Source: Mobula hypostoma
Lineage: Eukaryota
DNA: 64,000 nt
Reading direction: 5' to 3'
Assembly (NCBI RefSeq): GCF_963921235.1
Contig: NC_086097.1
Span: 85,066,001-85,130,000, forward strand
The position numbers and the translations under genes are program-made. Of the stretch, positions 61,843 to 64,000 are shown piece by piece. Position 1 is the stretch's first letter; each line of letters begins with the position of its first letter. Under the pieces are notes generated by a model. The model was not told where the DNA came from. It saw only the letters and a program-made list of their open reading frames with translations, and made no database searches.

Positions 61843-62414
61843 CGAGAACACCTTGTGATTTCAGAAGCTTTGATGTCAACAAAAATCTTCTAATCCCTGG
61901 CACACCATGCTCTGTATGTCACCTTTAACAGCTTGATGGATGTTTAGAACCATCAACCATGCATTGAACCGAAGCAACACACCCCACTACTGAGTTATTA
62001 ACGAGCCGGATAGTAATGGAAAATAGCTTTATGGAGGAACATCCTGTTGCTAAACGCCTGCTTAGCTCTTCATGATTAGCACATAGCATAGGCGATGTCT
62101 TTGACGTCCAGTTTGGTAGCATTGACATAACATTCACGTTACGTGCTGATTGTCACCAGTGCCTCTATTCCGCATGTTGTCAGCTGCTAATGTTACTGCC
62201 ACGCTCTGAATGCCTTTCCCAGCAATGCAGCTGGCGTGATCTATCCTATAAGTGATGCATGAGCTGGATATCTTGCTGAAAACCAGTCGGCGCTTATTTA
62301 ATTCAGCAAGGGAAAATGGACTTTTCCAGAAGTGAAGTGAGGTGACACCCATTTCCGGGTGGTATTACTCCAGGAATTTACCTGTTTTCCAGTGAATTCT
62401 GACTCTCATTTGAG

Positions 62415-62830
62415 CTCAGAATCAGGTTTAATATCACTGGCACATGTTGTGAATTATGTTATTTTGTGGCAGCTGTGCTTTGCAATGCATAATAAAAAAA
62501 CTATAAATGACCGTAATATATTACAAATAAATTAGATAAGTAGTGCAAAAAGAGATCAAAAAAAGAAGAAAAATCAGTGAGGTAGTATGAATGGATTCAT
62601 TATCTGTTCAGAAATGTGATGGTGGAGGGAAGAAGGTGTTCCTAAAGTGTTGAGTGTGTGTCCTGAAGCTGCTTCTCCTTGATGGAAGCAATGAGGAGAG
62701 AGCATGTCGTGGGCGATAGAGGGCCTTCACGATGGATGCTGCCTTTTTTGCGGCATTGCCTTTTGAAAGTGTCCTCGATGCCGAGGAAGCTGGTGCCCGT
62801 GATGGAGCTGGCTGAGTTTGCAGCTTTTTG
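62415..62830 (-). mobile_element. Rex1/L2-type LINE 3' fragment
   Basis: ASSITGTS...IEDTFK..C.KKAASI...HALSSLLPS motifs; agaatcaggtttaatatcact tail. Confidence 0.75.
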
Positions 62831-64000
62831 CAGCTTGCATGTCGCAGGATTTCCGCGTCGGATATGCAAAATTCTCTATGCAATTGTAATACTCCCTGAA
62901 AGGTGTGCACGTGATCAGTGAGGTCCCAGACTGCATCCGAGGAGCAGATTAACTGAGATTGTCCGAGACCTGCCTGTGGTTGTGTCATTCCTGGGGTAGC
63001 AATGTTTTCTGAATCCCACCCCAGTTAAGGCAAAATTGATTGCATCAGCACCCTAATAACCCATTGATAATATCCACATTGCTGTGCTGTTTCTCTGCAA
63101 TAATAACAAATTGCATCTCTCCATCACTCCAGTTCTATCCCTGCTCCCTAAGTGAGTTCTCCTTCCTACACAGAAAAGATGCAGGCTTGGCCACCAGTTC
63201 TAGACCCTAATCCACCCCTTGGTCTTTCCCACGGTCCCACAATCTCCGCAGCACCTCACAGACTTGACACGTTCCTTCTCATTCTCCATGGTGTTCGAAG
63301 ATCAGTGGCTCGTGCCTCAGGCTTCATGGAGGTTTGTGGCAGCAGATCAGCCAACAATATGATGGTCAGTGCACTGCGTCATCACTGAGTGGTGAGCCCT
63401 TTGGTAAACCAGTGTGTCAACTCCCTTTTCCACATTTGCTCGTTCACCAACAATGATGAGATAGCATTAGAATGGAAGTAGTTCTCAGCAGGTAATGTAC
63501 TGTCTGTGCTAGTTTGTGTGTGTGTGTACAACGTGCACGAGGCAGATGAAAGTAAGCGTTTAATAAATCTATTACTTTTTTCAAACACACAGCTTCCAGC
63601 TAGAAAAGTGCAAATAAAGTCTGTGAGCGTTATACATACAGTAACTCAGGGCTCTGGTGGTAACGTATTGCCGTCACAAGACTATGTTGAGTCATCACAG
63701 CTGTGACTAATCTACTGTAGTTCTTGCAGCTGGGAGCTGACGTGACTCCAAGTGGCGTCAGAGAAGCTTCAAGGAAGCCCAGGCTGGGTCCCGGGTGGGA
63801 AGAGGAGGAGCAGGCAGCCACTTAAGCCTCTAAGAAGGGAAGTGAGAGGGCCTGATTCAGATACACAAGGGTCTTCCGAGTTGTTGAATTTCACTCTGAG
63901 AACAACATTTATTTGATATGAAAATGCTACCCTCTGCACAATGCCTATCATTCAGTTTAGTAGCAAGACCAGGCCAATACATTGTGTAAATATTGGGGGA

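Noticed and set aside
61920..62400. Unique sequence with several short ORFs as possible exons
   Set aside because: No consistent splice-site pair with an open frame and no recognisable protein motif.

Overview
Eukaryotic, repeat-rich vertebrate genomic DNA. The repeat complement (V-SINE-like SINEs, CR1, Rex1/L2-type LINEs, abundant GIY-YIG Penelope-like elements) suggests a cartilaginous fish, probably a ray; this is inference, not a database result. There are no prokaryotic operons, rRNA/tRNA genes or CRISPR arrays, and most ORFs in the track are TE remnants or chance ORFs. The one host-gene signal I can support is a spliced minus-strand model with four coding exons (20847-20799 or -20751, 19338-19268, 18773-18624, 11434-11144). 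Its intron phases (1, 0, 0) join into one open frame encoding a ~186-202 aa protein with a signal peptide, three N-glycosylation sequons, a divergent Thy-1/CD2-like Ig-V-type pattern and a C-terminal hydrophobic segment. The window also holds young Penelope-like elements with 13-14 bp TSDs and inverted 5' ends. Their terminal repeats carry minimal hammerhead ribozymes, including ~100-200 bp ribozyme-only insertions. Other elements: a near full-length CR1 with a nested Rex1-type LINE, an IR/DR Tc1 element inserted into an RT catalytic motif, an internally deleted Tigger with a ~220 bp hairpin, two solo LTRs, three copies of a ~650 bp non-autonomous retroposon, and small MITEs. TE boundaries without a stated TSD are approximate.
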